A DNA stretch of 64,000 nucleotides from Octopus vulgaris (GCA_951406725.2 OX597833.1:59086001-59150000); one strand, 5' to 3'. Shown: positions 28,240 through 41,796, counted from the stretch's first letter. Numbers and translations are program-made. Notes: a model not told the origin generated them from the letters alone.

Positions 28240-28529
28240 ACAAACAACAAACAGTGTTCTTAGCAATTCGATTCGGCTGTTAAATTTGAAATGACATATT
28301 CTGATATAAATGTAAAAGCACCCCATTTGATTACCGGTATCTATGTAATTATATCGTATCGATTGTTTACGACTGGAAAAATATTGATTGTAGTTTCTCT
28401 ATCAGGGAGGACACCGGCCGATACTACAAGCAGTATTAAACAGAAGTCAAGATCTTTGTGGTGAACCATTACTGTTCAATATTAAGGTTGTATTTCAACC
28501 GTGAAGCAAATAAGGATTTTTTATACTGG

Positions 28530-28728
28530 TACAGGTATGGCTGTGTGGTAAGAATTTTGCTTCCCAATCACATGGTTCTGGGTTCATTTCCACTATGTGG
28601 CACTTTGGGCAGGCGTTCTTTTACTATAGCCTCAAAGCCAACCAGTTCTTTATGAGTCAATTTGGTAGACAGAAACTGAGAGAAGCCCATCTTGTATGTG
28701 TATATATATTGTATGTATGTATGTATAG

Positions 28729-28767
<39 letters not shown>

Positions 28768-29001
28768 TGGATGGATGGATGGATGGATGGATTGATGGAT
28801 GGATGGATGGATAGATAGATAGATAGATAGATAAACAATGTTTATAATATTCACCCTAAAAGGCATTTTAATATGCTGGCCACTAAATGAAATTTTTTTG
28901 AAAAAATTTTATCCTATATTAGAAGTATATATATATATACACATATACATACATATACATATATATATATATGTGTGTGTGTGTGTGTATATATATATAT
29001 G

Positions 29002-29079
<78 letters not shown>

Positions 29080-29330
29080 CATGATGATGATATACATATA
29101 TTTTCGTATGTGTGTGTGTTTGTGTTTGTGTTTGTTCCAACCACTGCTTGACAACCAGTGTTGGTGTGTTTACATCCCTGTAACTTAGTGGTTCAGCAAA
29201 AGAGACTGATAAAATAAGTACAAGGGTTTAGGAAAAAAAAATACTGGAGTCACTTCATTCAACTAAAATTCTTTGAGGCAGTGCCCCAGCATGGCCGCAA
29301 CTTAATGACTGAAACAAGTAAAAGAGAAAA
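28530..29330 (+). mobile_element. SINE family B (old, expanded interior)
   Basis: Head at 28530-28700 and tail at 29110-29330, separated by microsatellites. Confidence 0.65.
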
Positions 29331-30114
29331 CAAAAAAAAAACACTGGGGGTTTGATTCATTCAGCTACAAATTCTTCAATGAAGTGCTCCAGCATGGCTG
29401 CAGTTTGAAGACCGAAAGGAACAACATATAGAGATCTTAGAAGACACACCATTGAACGTAAATAATGTAAATGTCAGATGTAGTATCAGAGCAGAGGAAC
29501 ATGCCTTCCTCATGTCTACATGGCAGCAATCTTTTATCGTTTGAACATATTGATTAAAAGCTCCGGGAAGAGACGAGAGCAAGCCAATATCATTACCATT
29601 AGCTGTTCAAAGATCTCCATCACAAGATACTGCTACATGATATGAAGACATGTTTTTCCTACATGTCCGTATATGTCAGATTGTCAGAACAACACAGAGA
29701 CTTAGCAATATGGTGTAACAGAAAAATGTATTGGTATTTCCATTCGATTCCATTCCGTTCCATTCTCACTCTATGGTATGGTGATAACTGTTTTGAATTC
29801 GTAGAAATCTCCAGCAACAAGTCTTTGCAGTTTATTGATTTTGTTAAAGGAAGCAGATTTTTGTTTTGTTTTTGTTTTTTGTTTTTCGATACAAGCAACG
29901 ACTACCTCTTTCTCTCTTCGCTCTATCTCTCCCCGCCCCCCCACTTCTCTTCGCTTCTTTGTTACCATATCTTCCACTCCCTCTCTCTATGTCTCTCTCT
30001 CCATATATCTATCTATCTATCTATCTATCTATCTACCTATCTCTAGCTTTATCTATTTCTTTCTCTCTCTCTCTCTCTCTCTCACACACTATTCCTCTCA
30101 GCACTATTACTCTC

Positions 30115-30148
<34 letters not shown>

Positions 30149-30184
30149 GTGCATGTGAGTATGTGAATGCATGTATACTGTATA

Positions 30185-30231
<47 letters not shown>

Positions 30232-30240
30232 GTGTGTGTA

Positions 30241-30314
<74 letters not shown>

Positions 30315-30318
30315 GTAC

Positions 30319-30349
<31 letters not shown>

Positions 30350-30553
30350 TGTATGTATGTATGTATGTATGTGCACACACGTATATATGTATATAAAGTA
30401 CAAGTAACCAGAGAAGTAGTATTAATATCAAAAGCTAATATTTATCCCCACTTAAAAGTTCTTAGACAACATCCAAATTTTTAAGTGGCGATAAATATAT
30501 GTATATACATACGAATACGTGTATGTGTGTGTGTGTGTGTGTATATATATATG

Positions 30554-30666
<113 letters not shown>

Positions 30667-30674
30667 GTGTGTGT

Positions 30675-30952
30675 GTGGAGGCACATGGCCTAGTGGTTAG
30701 AGGAGCGGACTCACTGTCATGGATCATAGGTTCAAATCTCAGACCGGGCAATGTGTGTGTTTATTGAGTGAAACACCTAAGCTCTACATGGTTCCGGCAG
30801 AAGGTAATGGTGAACTTCTGCTGACTCTTTCGCCACAACTTTCTCTCACCTGTGACAGGTCTCTCACCTGCGTCCCGTTCAGCTGGGGAGCCTATACACC
30901 AAAGAAACCGGGAAACTGGACCTATGAGCCAGGCGTGGCTCGAGAAGGAACA

Positions 30953-30963
<11 letters not shown>
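30675..30963 (+). mobile_element. SINE family C, tail type 1
   Basis: tRNA-like head; ends GGCTCGAGAAGGAACAAACAACAAC. Homologous to 41417-41722 (minus). Confidence 0.85.
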
Positions 30964-31009
<46 letters not shown>

Positions 31010-31368
31010 CACATACTTATGTAAGTACATATGTATATATGTATGCATGATTGTGCGTGTGTGTGAGTATGTGTGTGACTTAAAGGAGAAATTCCAAACA
31101 TGAAAGCCTAGTCTCGACTCATTAAATCCTCAAGTAAACTTATCAAAGATTTTGGTGTTAGTAAGTAGAGATAACAGAAACTTGATGTTACCAGGAAAAT
31201 TACAATACTCAGTATAATGAGAAGGGGTCAGTGAGAATTCCCACTATAAACAATAAACACACAAGAAATGTAGTGACAGGTAGGCTAACAGGGAAGGTAC
31301 CACTTTGGATGTAGTGGGTACATTGGTCAGGGGCAGCATTATGAATGAAGATTTCACATGGTAGTGAG

Positions 31369-31751
31369 GGAAGCACTCTGTCAGTTACGACAATGAGGGT
31401 TCCAGTTGATCCGATCAACGGAACAGCCTGCTCATGAAATTAACGTGTAAGTGGCTGAGCACTCCACAGACACGTGTACCCTTAATGTAGTTCTCGGGGA
31501 TATTCAGCATGACACAGAGAGTGACAAGGCCAGCCCCTTGAAATACAGGTACAACAGAAACAGGAAGTAAGAGTGAGAGAAAGTTGTGGTGAAAGAGTAC
31601 AGCAGGGATCACCACCATCCCTGCAGGAGCCTCGTGGAGCTTTAGGTGTTTTCGCTCAATAAACACTCACAACGCCCGGTCTGGGAATCGAAACCGCGAT
31701 CCTATGACCGCGAGTCCACTGCGCTAACCACTGGGCCATTGCGCCTCCACA
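31369..31751 (-). mobile_element. SINE family C, tail type 2, with 13-bp TSD
   Basis: ACATGGTAGTGAG at 31356-31368 and 31752-31764. Confidence 0.9.
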
Positions 31752-31974
31752 ACATGGTAGTGAGATGCAGGCCTTGAATGCAGAGGAAGCACAAAGGCTG
31801 GGAAGACAGGAGGCAAGTGTTCTCTGTCAATCATGCATACAAACATTACACATTCATTGAATCATATTCAGTTCTTTCATTCCAGCACTTTGTAAATAAA
31901 TATTTACATTTTTTATAATGTTCCTTTCTGTAATGTTTGCATATAATTCAAGTATTATGGAAATTAACAGTAGG

Positions 31975-33185
31975 TGTAGGAGTGGCTGTGTGGTAAATAG
32001 CTTGCTAACCAACCACATGGTTCCGGGTTCAGTCCCACTGCGTGGCACCTTGGGCAAGTGTCTTCTACAATAGCCTCAGGCCGATCAAGGCCTTGTGAGT
32101 GGATTTGGTAGACGGAAACTGAAAGAAGCCTGTCGTATATATGTATATGTATATATGTGTGTGTATATGTATGTGTGTCTGTGCTTGTCCCCCCAACATC
32201 GCTTGACAACCGATGCTGGTGTGTTTACTAGGCTTACAAAGAATAAGTACTGGGGTCAATTTGCTCCACATTCTTTTGAATTAATCATGAATTATCTCAT
32301 AGCTTCAGGATATCAATGATACGATTGCTTATTTTTGAATTAAGATGTAGGGTAGGTGTGAAAAGTTGGAGCTGGTCTGTTTGAACAAAAGATAGAATAT
32401 TTTGGCCAGAATACTAAAAGGTTAAACAGCTGGCAACATCCAACCCATGTAGAATAGATTTCCTTGATGCTTCTGGTGGAAAAGGTAAATGTAAAAGATA
32501 AAAGGGTCTCAGTGGCCCCAACTAGAATTGCTGTTAAGTGTTTTTCACAAATAGCCTGACACGTTCACTTTCTAAACTGCTTCTTAATGTTGCACACAAT
32601 GGCAGATTGTGTGCAACATTGGCAAAGAATCTGGAAGGCCTCCTCAATGAAGGGAAGACGATTTAGTTAAGCAATTTGGGTCAAGATTCGAGAGAACAGT
32701 GCAATCAAGACAGAACTGGAAACACATTGTGACTAGTGGTGTATAACAGTATTTGATGGTCTCTTTACTCTTTACTCTTTTACTTGTTTCAGTCATTTGA
32801 CTGTGGCCATGCTAGAGCACTGCCTTTCAGTCGAGCAAATCGACCCCGGGACTTATTCTTTGTAAGCTTAGTACTTATTCTATCAATCTCTTTTCCCGAA
32901 CTGCTAAGTTACAGGGACGTAAACACACCAGCATAAGTTGTCAAGTGATGTTGGGGGGACAAACACAGACACACAAACATATACACACACATACATACAT
33001 ATATACATATATACATATATACGAGGGGCTTCTTTCAGTTTCCTTCTACCAAATCCACTCACAAGGCTTTGGTCGACCCAAGGCTATAGTAGAAGATACT
33101 TGCCCAAGGTGCCATGCAGTGGGACTGAACCCAGAACCATGTAGTTTGTAAACAAGCTACTTACCACATAGCCACTCCTGTGCCT
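31975..33185. mobile_element. Two SINE B copies in opposite orientation (31975-32255 plus, 32761-33185 minus)
   Basis: Both match the family B consensus. Confidence 0.85.
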
Positions 33186-33451
33186 GGTCAATATTGCGAT
33201 ACTGTAATACATGCACACATACACACATGTGATTCATTCTTACTGTCATAAAGGGTCCTTATGTATTGAGGCAGCCGTACAAATTATAGGGTATTTAATC
33301 ATTAATAAAGGAATTATATACTCTACATTATGTATTGAGTACTAAACTGACTTTAAGTCTTCTCAATCTTCTTTTAAGCATTATAAATATTCATAATACC
33401 TATGTGTATGCATATACACACATTCATATACATATATGTACATACATACAT

Positions 33452-33539
<88 letters not shown>

Positions 33540-33542
33540 GTG

Positions 33543-33595
<53 letters not shown>

Positions 33596-33627
33596 TCTAC
33601 ATCAGTATATATGTACACACATTTGCA

Positions 33628-33666
<39 letters not shown>

Positions 33667-33699
33667 ATATACATACAGTTTGTAAAGAGAAACTATGAA

Positions 33700-33870
33700 A
33701 CATCAATCACAGGTGAGAAATCAATATGAAAAGTCCAGCGAAGATATGATTTGCGAAAAAGAGAGAGGCAAAGGACAGGTGTGCTGGGGCTTTCGGTTGT
33801 CCAGGTGAGTGAGGTGAGAAGTTGATTTGTCAGTGGGTGGCAGGTGAGATAATCTCATTGAAATCAATCA
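33700..33870 (+). promoter_or_regulatory. Candidate promoter/5' regulatory region of the channel gene
   Basis: Non-repetitive DNA directly upstream of the first coding exon, with four CAGGTG motifs (33710, 33776, 33802, 33841) and two AAATCAAT motifs (33718, 33861). Confidence 0.4.
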
Positions 33871-34111
33871 TGAAGAAAAACAAGCCGCCAGGTTTACATT
33901 TGCGCCGATCTGTCGCAGGCTTCGCCACTTCTTTGCGATGTTTCGTAACATCATCATCATCGACGGTCGTTCAGACGTGCACTTCTTGCTGTTCTCGTAG
34001 CCGGACGATGTGCTACCCGGGGAATTTGTCGGGTAGACGACGACGACAACAACAACAACAACAACAACAACATCAACAACAGAACCGTCATCATCACTGT
34101 CATCAGCAGCA

Positions 34112-34167
34112 ATGTCAACAGCAACTAACACAACCTCCATGGACGGTGCAATCATTGCACAATGCAG
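34112..34167 (+). CDS. Putative first coding exon of Nav2-type channel (MSTATNTTSMDGAIIAQC-S)
   Basis: In-frame TAG upstream (34034); ATGs at 34112 and 34139 (ccATGG); donor CAG|GTAAAC in phase 2, matching the phase needed by exon 40247-40580. Confidence 0.55.
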
Positions 34168-34375
34168 GTAAACTCACAAAAGTACATTCAAACTTGACCT
34201 ACAAAAAAATCATACCTGTACACAAAAGCTGATATATATAGATATGTATGTATGTATATATATGTGTGTGTGTGTGTGTGTGTGCATATATATGTATGTA
34301 TGTATATATATATATATATGCATATATATGTATATAAATATGCATATATATGTATGTATATATATATACATATAC

Positions 34376-34470
<95 letters not shown>

Positions 34471-34935
34471 TATTCAATTCATAGACATACATTAACTAGT
34501 GTGAGTATCTGTATATTATGTATGTTCGTGTGTGTGTGTGTGTGTGCGTGTGTGCACATATGTATCTATGTATGCAATTATATAGATATTTACATGTGCG
34601 TAACATGTATGCATACATCCTTTATATTTTACTTGTTTAAGTCATTTAACTATGGCCATGCTGGAGCACATATACAGATATTTACATATATGTGTGTGTG
34701 TTTCTGTATGTGTGTTTGTGTGCATGTGTGTGTGCTTGAGTATATATATACACATACATACATACATACATACATACATACATACATACATACATACATA
34801 CATACGTACATACATACAAATATAACTTAGAGTATATCTACTACTACCACATATATATTATATATATACTTGCATGTATGTATGTATGTATGTATGTATG
34901 TATGTATGTATACACACATACACACACACACACAT

Positions 34936-35148
34936 ATGAAGGGGTATTGCAAAGTTCCTGGCTTTGGGTAAAAGAAATACAGAAAGATCAGTTATGATTT
35001 TATTCAATATGTTCCCCTCTCAGATTCACTCACTTATAGCAGAAATCCTTCAGTTTTTCTAAGTTTTGTAGAAGAGCTCAGACGGTTGGGTCCCCAGCCT
35101 GGCCGTTTGTGATACCCTTACAGCCAGAGAACTTTTTAGAACCTTCTA
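34936..35148. mobile_element. Old mariner-type MITE
   Basis: TA-TGAAGGGGTATTGCAAAGTTCCTGGCT ... AGCCAGAGAACTTTTTAGAACCTTC imperfect TIRs. Confidence 0.55.
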
Positions 35149-35278
35149 GAATATTGATATATCTCAGTAAACAACATTTCCCTGTTTGATGGGCTATGGT
35201 ACCCTAATATGATTTCATAGCATGACTTGGGGTAGTCTTTTCTAAGTTCAATATGATCTGTACCATTAATGAGTAAAG

Positions 35279-35359
<81 letters not shown>

Positions 35360-35514
35360 AATCTGAAAACCAACCCCACTTTTTTTATCCCCAAAAGAAA
35401 AGCTCTACCTTGTAATTTGTCCCGTCTGTGTGCTGCCCTGTGTGGCTAATAAAGAAACATATCTATCTATCTATCTATCTACCTACCTACCTACCTACCT
35501 ACCTACCTACCTAC

Positions 35515-35549
<35 letters not shown>

Positions 35550-35589
35550 CTACCTACCGATCTACCTACCTACCTACCTACCTACCTAC

Positions 35590-35632
<43 letters not shown>

Positions 35633-35754
35633 CCTACCTACCTACCTACCTACCTACCTGCCTACCTACCTATCTATCTATCTGTCTATCTATCTACCTA
35701 CCTACCGATCTACCTATCTATCTATCTATTTACCTACCTACCTACCTATCTACC

Positions 35755-35775
<21 letters not shown>
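35279..35775 (+). mobile_element. (ATCT/ACCT)n microsatellite containing a retroelement 3'-end fragment (35365-35460)
   Basis: Homologous to 9033-9157, with the same AAACAT|ATCT junction. Confidence 0.7.
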
Positions 35776-35818
<43 letters not shown>

Positions 35819-36032
35819 ACCGCGTGTGTACCGTTGGCGATTTTTTTTCCTGGCTTCCCTTCTCTGGATCTTTCCTTTTCCTATGTTTCTGACAAAGAGC
35901 TCCGCTTGAAACATTAAACCCTCCTTCTTTCCTTCTTTCCTGAGCATCCAATAATACTATATTTGTTCCACGTCCTCACGTTGTTGTGTTTTTTTGTGCT
36001 TTCTTGTTTGGATTAACTATATATATATATAT

Positions 36033-36306
36033 ATCACCGTGATCACCATGACCGACCAGGCTATCAGATGTTGTTACACATCGCTGGTAACAATGCGCTT
36101 CGCATTGTTTTAGCCTTCAAATGACGCCACCCCGCTGGCTAAGCGAGCAGGCCAACAGAAGAAAGAATGAGAGAAAGTTGTGGCGAAAGAGTACAGCAGG
36201 GATCGCCACCACCTCCTGCCGGAGCCTCGTGGAGAATTAGGTGTTTTCGCTCAATAAACACTCACAACGCCCGGTCTGGGAATCGAAACCGCGATCCTAC
36301 GACCAC
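36033..36306 (-). mobile_element. SINE family C, tail type 3
   Basis: Same head/body as other C copies; tail ends GGTCGGTCATGGTGATCACGGTGAT (also seen at 21067-21170). Confidence 0.8.
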
Positions 36307-36344
<38 letters not shown>

Positions 36345-37258
36345 AAATGGTTTGATGACAAAAGATTTTTCTCCACATGGTGAATTACAGTGAAAAATAT
36401 AAAAAGAAGGAAAATGCATGGACAGTTTATATTAGACAATCTATATATGTGTATATTATGAAATAAAATGTTTATCATCATTTAATGTCTGTCTTCAATG
36501 CTGGCAAGTGTCAGATTCCATACTGGCATATATGTATGTGTCTAAGCATCTGTGTGTGTGTGCATGCATGTACACGCACACACACAAATATTACAAATAT
36601 TTTGAGAGGAGAAGGCAGTAAAATTCATCAATGTGAATGTTATATGTGCATGTATATGTCTGTCTATCCATCTATCTATCTATTTATCTATCTATTGTAT
36701 GTGTGTGTGTGTATAAGTTCAGTTTTATATATGTATAAACCAAGGTGTATATATATGCATTCATTCTCTTACATAAGCCTGTAATTGTTTTGGGAAAAAT
36801 AAATATATATGTGTGTATGCATGCACACGTGTATGAGTGCTTATGTATGTGCCTACATGTGTTGTGTGTTTGTAAGAATATATATAGAGAGAGGGTGAGG
36901 GAGGGAGAGAGAGAGAAGGAGAGAGAGAAAGCGAGAGAGGGAGATACATAGGCACAGGAGTGGCTGTGTGGTAAGTAGCTTGCTTACCAGCCACATGGTT
37001 CCAGGTTCAGTCCCACTGCGTAGCACCTTGGGCAAGTGTCTACTATATCCTTGGGTTAGCCAAAGCCCTGTGAGTGGATTTGGTAGCTGGAAACTGAAAG
37101 AAGCCTGTTGTATATATCCCTCTCTCTCTTTCGGAGAGGCACTGAGCAGCTATACGCACACAAACACCTACCCAAAGTGCCACGCAGTGGGACTGAACCC
37201 GAAACCATGTAGCTAGGAAGCAAGCTCACTAACCACACAGCCATGCCCGCGCCTACCC

Positions 37259-37318
<60 letters not shown>

Positions 37319-38789
37319 ATTTATGTATATACCTATATGTACTCACACACACACATATATACAAAGTATATTTCTAAACGAACAAGAGTATTTTGATGGA
37401 GGTGAGGAAGGAGTGTGAAGTTGAAAGGGGGAAGTGATTGGGAGGTATGTGTAGTCTTGTTGTTGTTGTTGTTGTTGTTGTTTTTATTACTAGTGGTGGT
37501 GGTGGTGGTGATGGTGATGACAGTGTTATTTCACCATAGGTTGGTTCTGAACAAACGGAATGATCTTTCCTTCAGACATTAAGTTGTAATTTGGGGGAGA
37601 TTTTGGCTGATATTCACAGCAGTTAAACCACCTTTATTGGCTTCGAAATGATGACCACAATGATGGTGATGGTGATGGTGATGGTGGTGACAGTGGTGAT
37701 TAGGATGATAGTGGTGATGGTAATGGTGGTGGTCGTGGTGGTGGTCGTGGTCGTGGTCGTGGTAATGGTGATGGTGAAAGTTGTAGCAGGGTTGATGATG
37801 ATGATGATGATGATGATTAGGTGGTGGTGGTGGTGGTGGTGTGGTGGTGGTGTTGGTGGTGGTGATGGTGATGGTGGTGATGATGACAAGAGTGAGTGAT
37901 GACTTAAGTTTCGTCTCTCTCTTGAAGTGCCGAAGTAAAAACATGAATTCATCTTAATTACTGCCAGCCAGCCACACTATCAAACTCTACAACAACAACA
38001 ATAGCAACAACAACAACACCGCCACCACCACAATCACCACCACCACCACCACCACCACCATCACCAACAACAACATCAATACCTTTACTATTATTGTCAT
38101 TTCTGAAACCTATACAACGTATGATTACACCAAATAGTTTTTAGAGTGCATCAATTTAGAGCCCCCTGGTGGCTAAATCTGGCATGAAGGAAATATAAAT
38201 GTCTCTGGAGGTTTTTTTTTGTTTTTTAATATTTTATTTTTGTAAGTTTTTTTTCTTCTATAGAGTTGCCTGTCTTTTTTGTTTAAAGAGGCGTCTGGTG
38301 ATTTGTCATAAGTGTTAGAGAAAGGGTCTAAAGAGGTGTTATAATGATTGACTTTAAGACGACCTAATTACGACTTTAAAATGCATCTGATAATGGAACT
38401 CTGGTTCAGAAATTCCAGGGTTTTGAGGGGTATGGAGCCACCTTTTAGCTTCTATTGTTCCGAGGTCTATTCTGACCTGGAGTATTAGTACCTCTCAATG
38501 TTCCAGTTATGGACTAATTAGCATATTAAGGTTTGCCTATCCATGCATGTAAAGACTTGATCAAGGAGACTCTATGGAAAAAAAAAAGCTTCGTGGTTCA
38601 ATGGAGGGAAAGACAGCCGCAGCAACATATTGCAGAGTGCAGAGAGCAAGATGAAGCATATGAAGATATTAGGGTCATCCACTGCATTCCCAGACAACTT
38701 GACTTTGTCTTACCACTGAACCAGAGTTCAGATGGCACAGACGAGTGAGTGAGGTTGATGGTACACAAGTCTTGTTCACTTTAAACAAG

Positions 38790-39328
38790 ATTCTTTCTGC
38801 TCTAGGCACAACTCCTGAAATTTTGGGGGTGGGGGCCAGTCGATTAGATCGACCCCAGTAAACAATTGGTACTTAATTTTCGACCCTGAAAGGATGAAAG
38901 GCAAAGTTGACCTTGCTGGAATTTGAACTCAGAACATAAAGACAGACAAGCATTTCACCCAGCATACTAACAATTCCACCAGCTTGCCGCCTTGACAAAA
39001 AAATGAAATATTCTTTTCTTCTCTAGGCACAAGGCCTGAAATTTTGGGGACCAGGACCAGTTGATTAGCTCGACCCCAGTGTGCAACAGGTACTTAATTT
39101 ATCAACCCCAAAAGGATGAAAGGCAAAGTCAGCCTTGGGGGAATTTGAAGCCAGAACAGACAAAATACCACTAAGCATTTTGCCCAGCATGCTAACGTTT
39201 CTCCTGGCTCACTACCTTAGTAAAATGAAATCTTGTTTTCTACTCTAGGCACTAGGCCCGAAATTTTTGGGAAGGGGCCAGTTGATTAGAACAACCCCAG
39301 TACACAGCTGGTACTTAATTTATCAACA
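38790..39328 (-). mobile_element. Three tandem older SINE A' copies
   Basis: Repeated CTCTAGGCAC..GAAATTTT..GACCCCAGT..GGATGAAAGGCAAAG. Confidence 0.85.
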
Positions 39329-39329
39329 C

Positions 39330-39735
39330 TGATTTTGATCCTTAATTCATCTTGAGTGCTCATATACTTTGATGCCTAATTCATCTTGATCCCTAATTTA
39401 TATTGATCCCTAATCTATTGTGAGCCCTTATCCATTTTGATCCCTAATTGTGATCCTTAATTCATCTTGACTGCTCCTATATTTTGATGTCTAATTCATC
39501 TTGAACCCTAATTTGTATTGATCCCTAATCTATTGTGAGCTCTTATCCATTTTGATCCCTAATTTTGATTCCTATTCATCTTGATCTCTAATCCATCTTG
39601 GTCATAAATTCCTCTTGATCCTCAAATTATTTTGAACCCTAATTTTTCATCCAACTCCCAATTGTGTTTTCACTATTTATTAAACTGTAATTCATCAATC
39701 TATTCCCTAAACTATTATGATCCCTAATTCACTTC
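39330..39735. repeat. Degenerate ~17-bp minisatellite
   Basis: Recurrent TTGATCCCTAATTCATC with one larger internal duplication. Confidence 0.75.
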
Positions 39736-40246
39736 ATCTCTTTCATCATCATCATCATCATCATCATCGTTTAACGTCCGCTTTCCATGCTGGCATGGGT
39801 TGGACGGTTCAACTGGGGTCTGGGAAGCTCGAAGGCTGCACCAGGCCAGTCAGATCTGGCAGTGTTTCTACAGCTGGATGCCCTTCCTAACGCCAACCAC
39901 TCCGTGAGTGTAGTGCGCGCTTTTTATGTGCCACCGACACAGGTGCCAGATGAGGCTGGCGTTTATTACGTGCCACCAGCATGGAGGCCAGTCAATGCGG
40001 TACTGGCTACGGCCACGTTCGGATGGTTTTCGTATGTGCCACCGGCACTGGTACCACAAAACTACAAATTCCATTAATGTTCATCAAGTTTGCTTTTGAT
40101 TTTGTCCATTTTTTAAAAAATAAATTATTTATTTACTTGGCCCTTGATGTATTCAGTATCTTTACTATCCATCCCCTACATTTATACCCATAACTTCTTG
40201 AAGTTTCTTCTTTAAACATCTTCTGTGTTTCTTGATCTATTTTCAG

Positions 40247-40580
40247 CACGAATGAAGAAAGTGTCCGCCAGACATACGTCTTTATCAAATACAGTGAACC
40301 AAACGGATGTGAAAGACCATCCGAAGCAAGAAGCAACACAACCAGGTTTGCATGGTTGTCTCAAAATGCATTGGACTGCAACACCAGTAGCAGGTGCAGT
40401 ACTGATGCTGTTGTGCATCAAAGCAAACAGAATAAAACCAATCAACTTCGTTGTCCTTCACGGCTAGTTCGTCAGCCAAAAATCTCTCATCGGAAAGTCT
40501 TACCTGAATGTGTGGGACCACTATCTAAGGATTTGTATGGGATTCCTCTGCAAGAGATTGAGCAAAATATTATGGATGAG
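40247..40580 (+). CDS. NaCP60E: Coding exon: cytoplasmic N-terminus of a Nav2/DSC1 (sodium channel protein 60E-like) voltage-gated cation channel
   Basis: Acceptor CTATTTTCAG|, donor GAG|GTAAGA, 111 open codons ending KVLPECVGPLSKDLYGIPLQEIEQNIMDE. This aligns with the Nav N-terminal VLP...YGxPLEEID motif as I recall it from DSC1, and ends at the phase-0 intron position before the TFxV motif. Orthology rests on one exon only. Confidence 0.72.
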
Positions 40581-40713
40581 GTAAGACGAACACTTACTAA
40601 ATAGTTATTTATAATTACAAATTAATTAATTTCATTTAAATTAATTAATGACTGCAATAATGTATTATTAAATCTCTGAACGAGAAGTAAACAGTAACAG
40701 CTCAACAACGTAA

Positions 40714-40951
40714 AGTATAATAGCCATCTCAATATGGCTAACCACAAAGGATGGGTGTTACTGTAGCTTTTAGCCCCAGGAGATCATCGTCTCCAGCTGG
40801 CTTTAGGCACACTATCTGTGCCCTAAGGGCAAATACCATAAGGGCACAGATAGTGTGCCTAAAGCCAGCTGGAGGCGATGATCTCCTGGGGCTAAAAGCT
40901 ACAGTAACACCCACCCTTTGTGGTTAGCCATATTGAGATGGCTATTATACT
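40714..40951. mobile_element. Near-perfect palindromic MITE
   Basis: 111-bp arms with two mismatches and a 16-nt loop. Confidence 0.92.
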
Positions 40952-41270
40952 ATGCAATAATGTAATTATACATTTAATGGTGTTTATCTTAACGAAACAG
41001 CTGTTGAACGCAGAGTATGAACTGCTTGTGAAATTTATGCCTTTCAGCTTTTATTCTAAGTATGTTGCTCTTAAAGATTGTTTTTAGCTGATTATGAATA
41101 TACTTGCAAGTCGGTCCCGCTTGGATTTACTGCAATGTAGTAATGTGTTGAAGTTCAAAGACCCTTCATTTATTGAGCTCTTAATGACTCTGTGTCATCT
41201 TTTGATGTTTATACAGCAAGTCTCTCTCATGTGCTCTGTCTTTCTCTCTCTCTCTCTCTCTCTTTCAGTC

Positions 41271-41302
<32 letters not shown>

Positions 41303-41416
41303 CCTCTGTATGTATGTGCATATATATGTGTGTATGTGTGTGTAGTGAACAAAAGATACATGGAAGTGCTTCTAATTTAATTTGCTGAGACCTATCTGAT
41401 CCTCTTTACATACATA

Positions 41417-41722
41417 CATTGTTTGTTCCTTCTCGAGCCATGCCTGGCTCATAAGGGCCGGTTTCCCAGTTTCCTTGGCATATAGGTTCCCCACATGGAT
41501 GGGACGCCGATCCGTCACAGGTGAGCTGCAAGATGCAGGAGGAAAGAGTGAGAGAAAGTTGTGGCGAAAGAGTCAGCAGAAGTTTCGCCATTCCCTTCTG
41601 CCGGAGCCGCGTGGAGCTTAGGTGTTTCGCTCATAAACACACACGTCGCCCGGTCTGAGGTTCGAACCCGCAACACCTCGACCGCGAGTCTGCTGCTCTA
41701 ACCACTAGGCCATGTGCCTCCA
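41417..41722 (-). mobile_element. SINE family C, tail type 1
   Basis: Minus strand TGGCCTAGTGGTTAG and GGTTCGAACC boxes. Confidence 0.85.
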
Positions 41723-41762
41723 CTACATAATACATACATACATACATACATACATACATACA

Positions 41763-41796
<34 letters not shown>

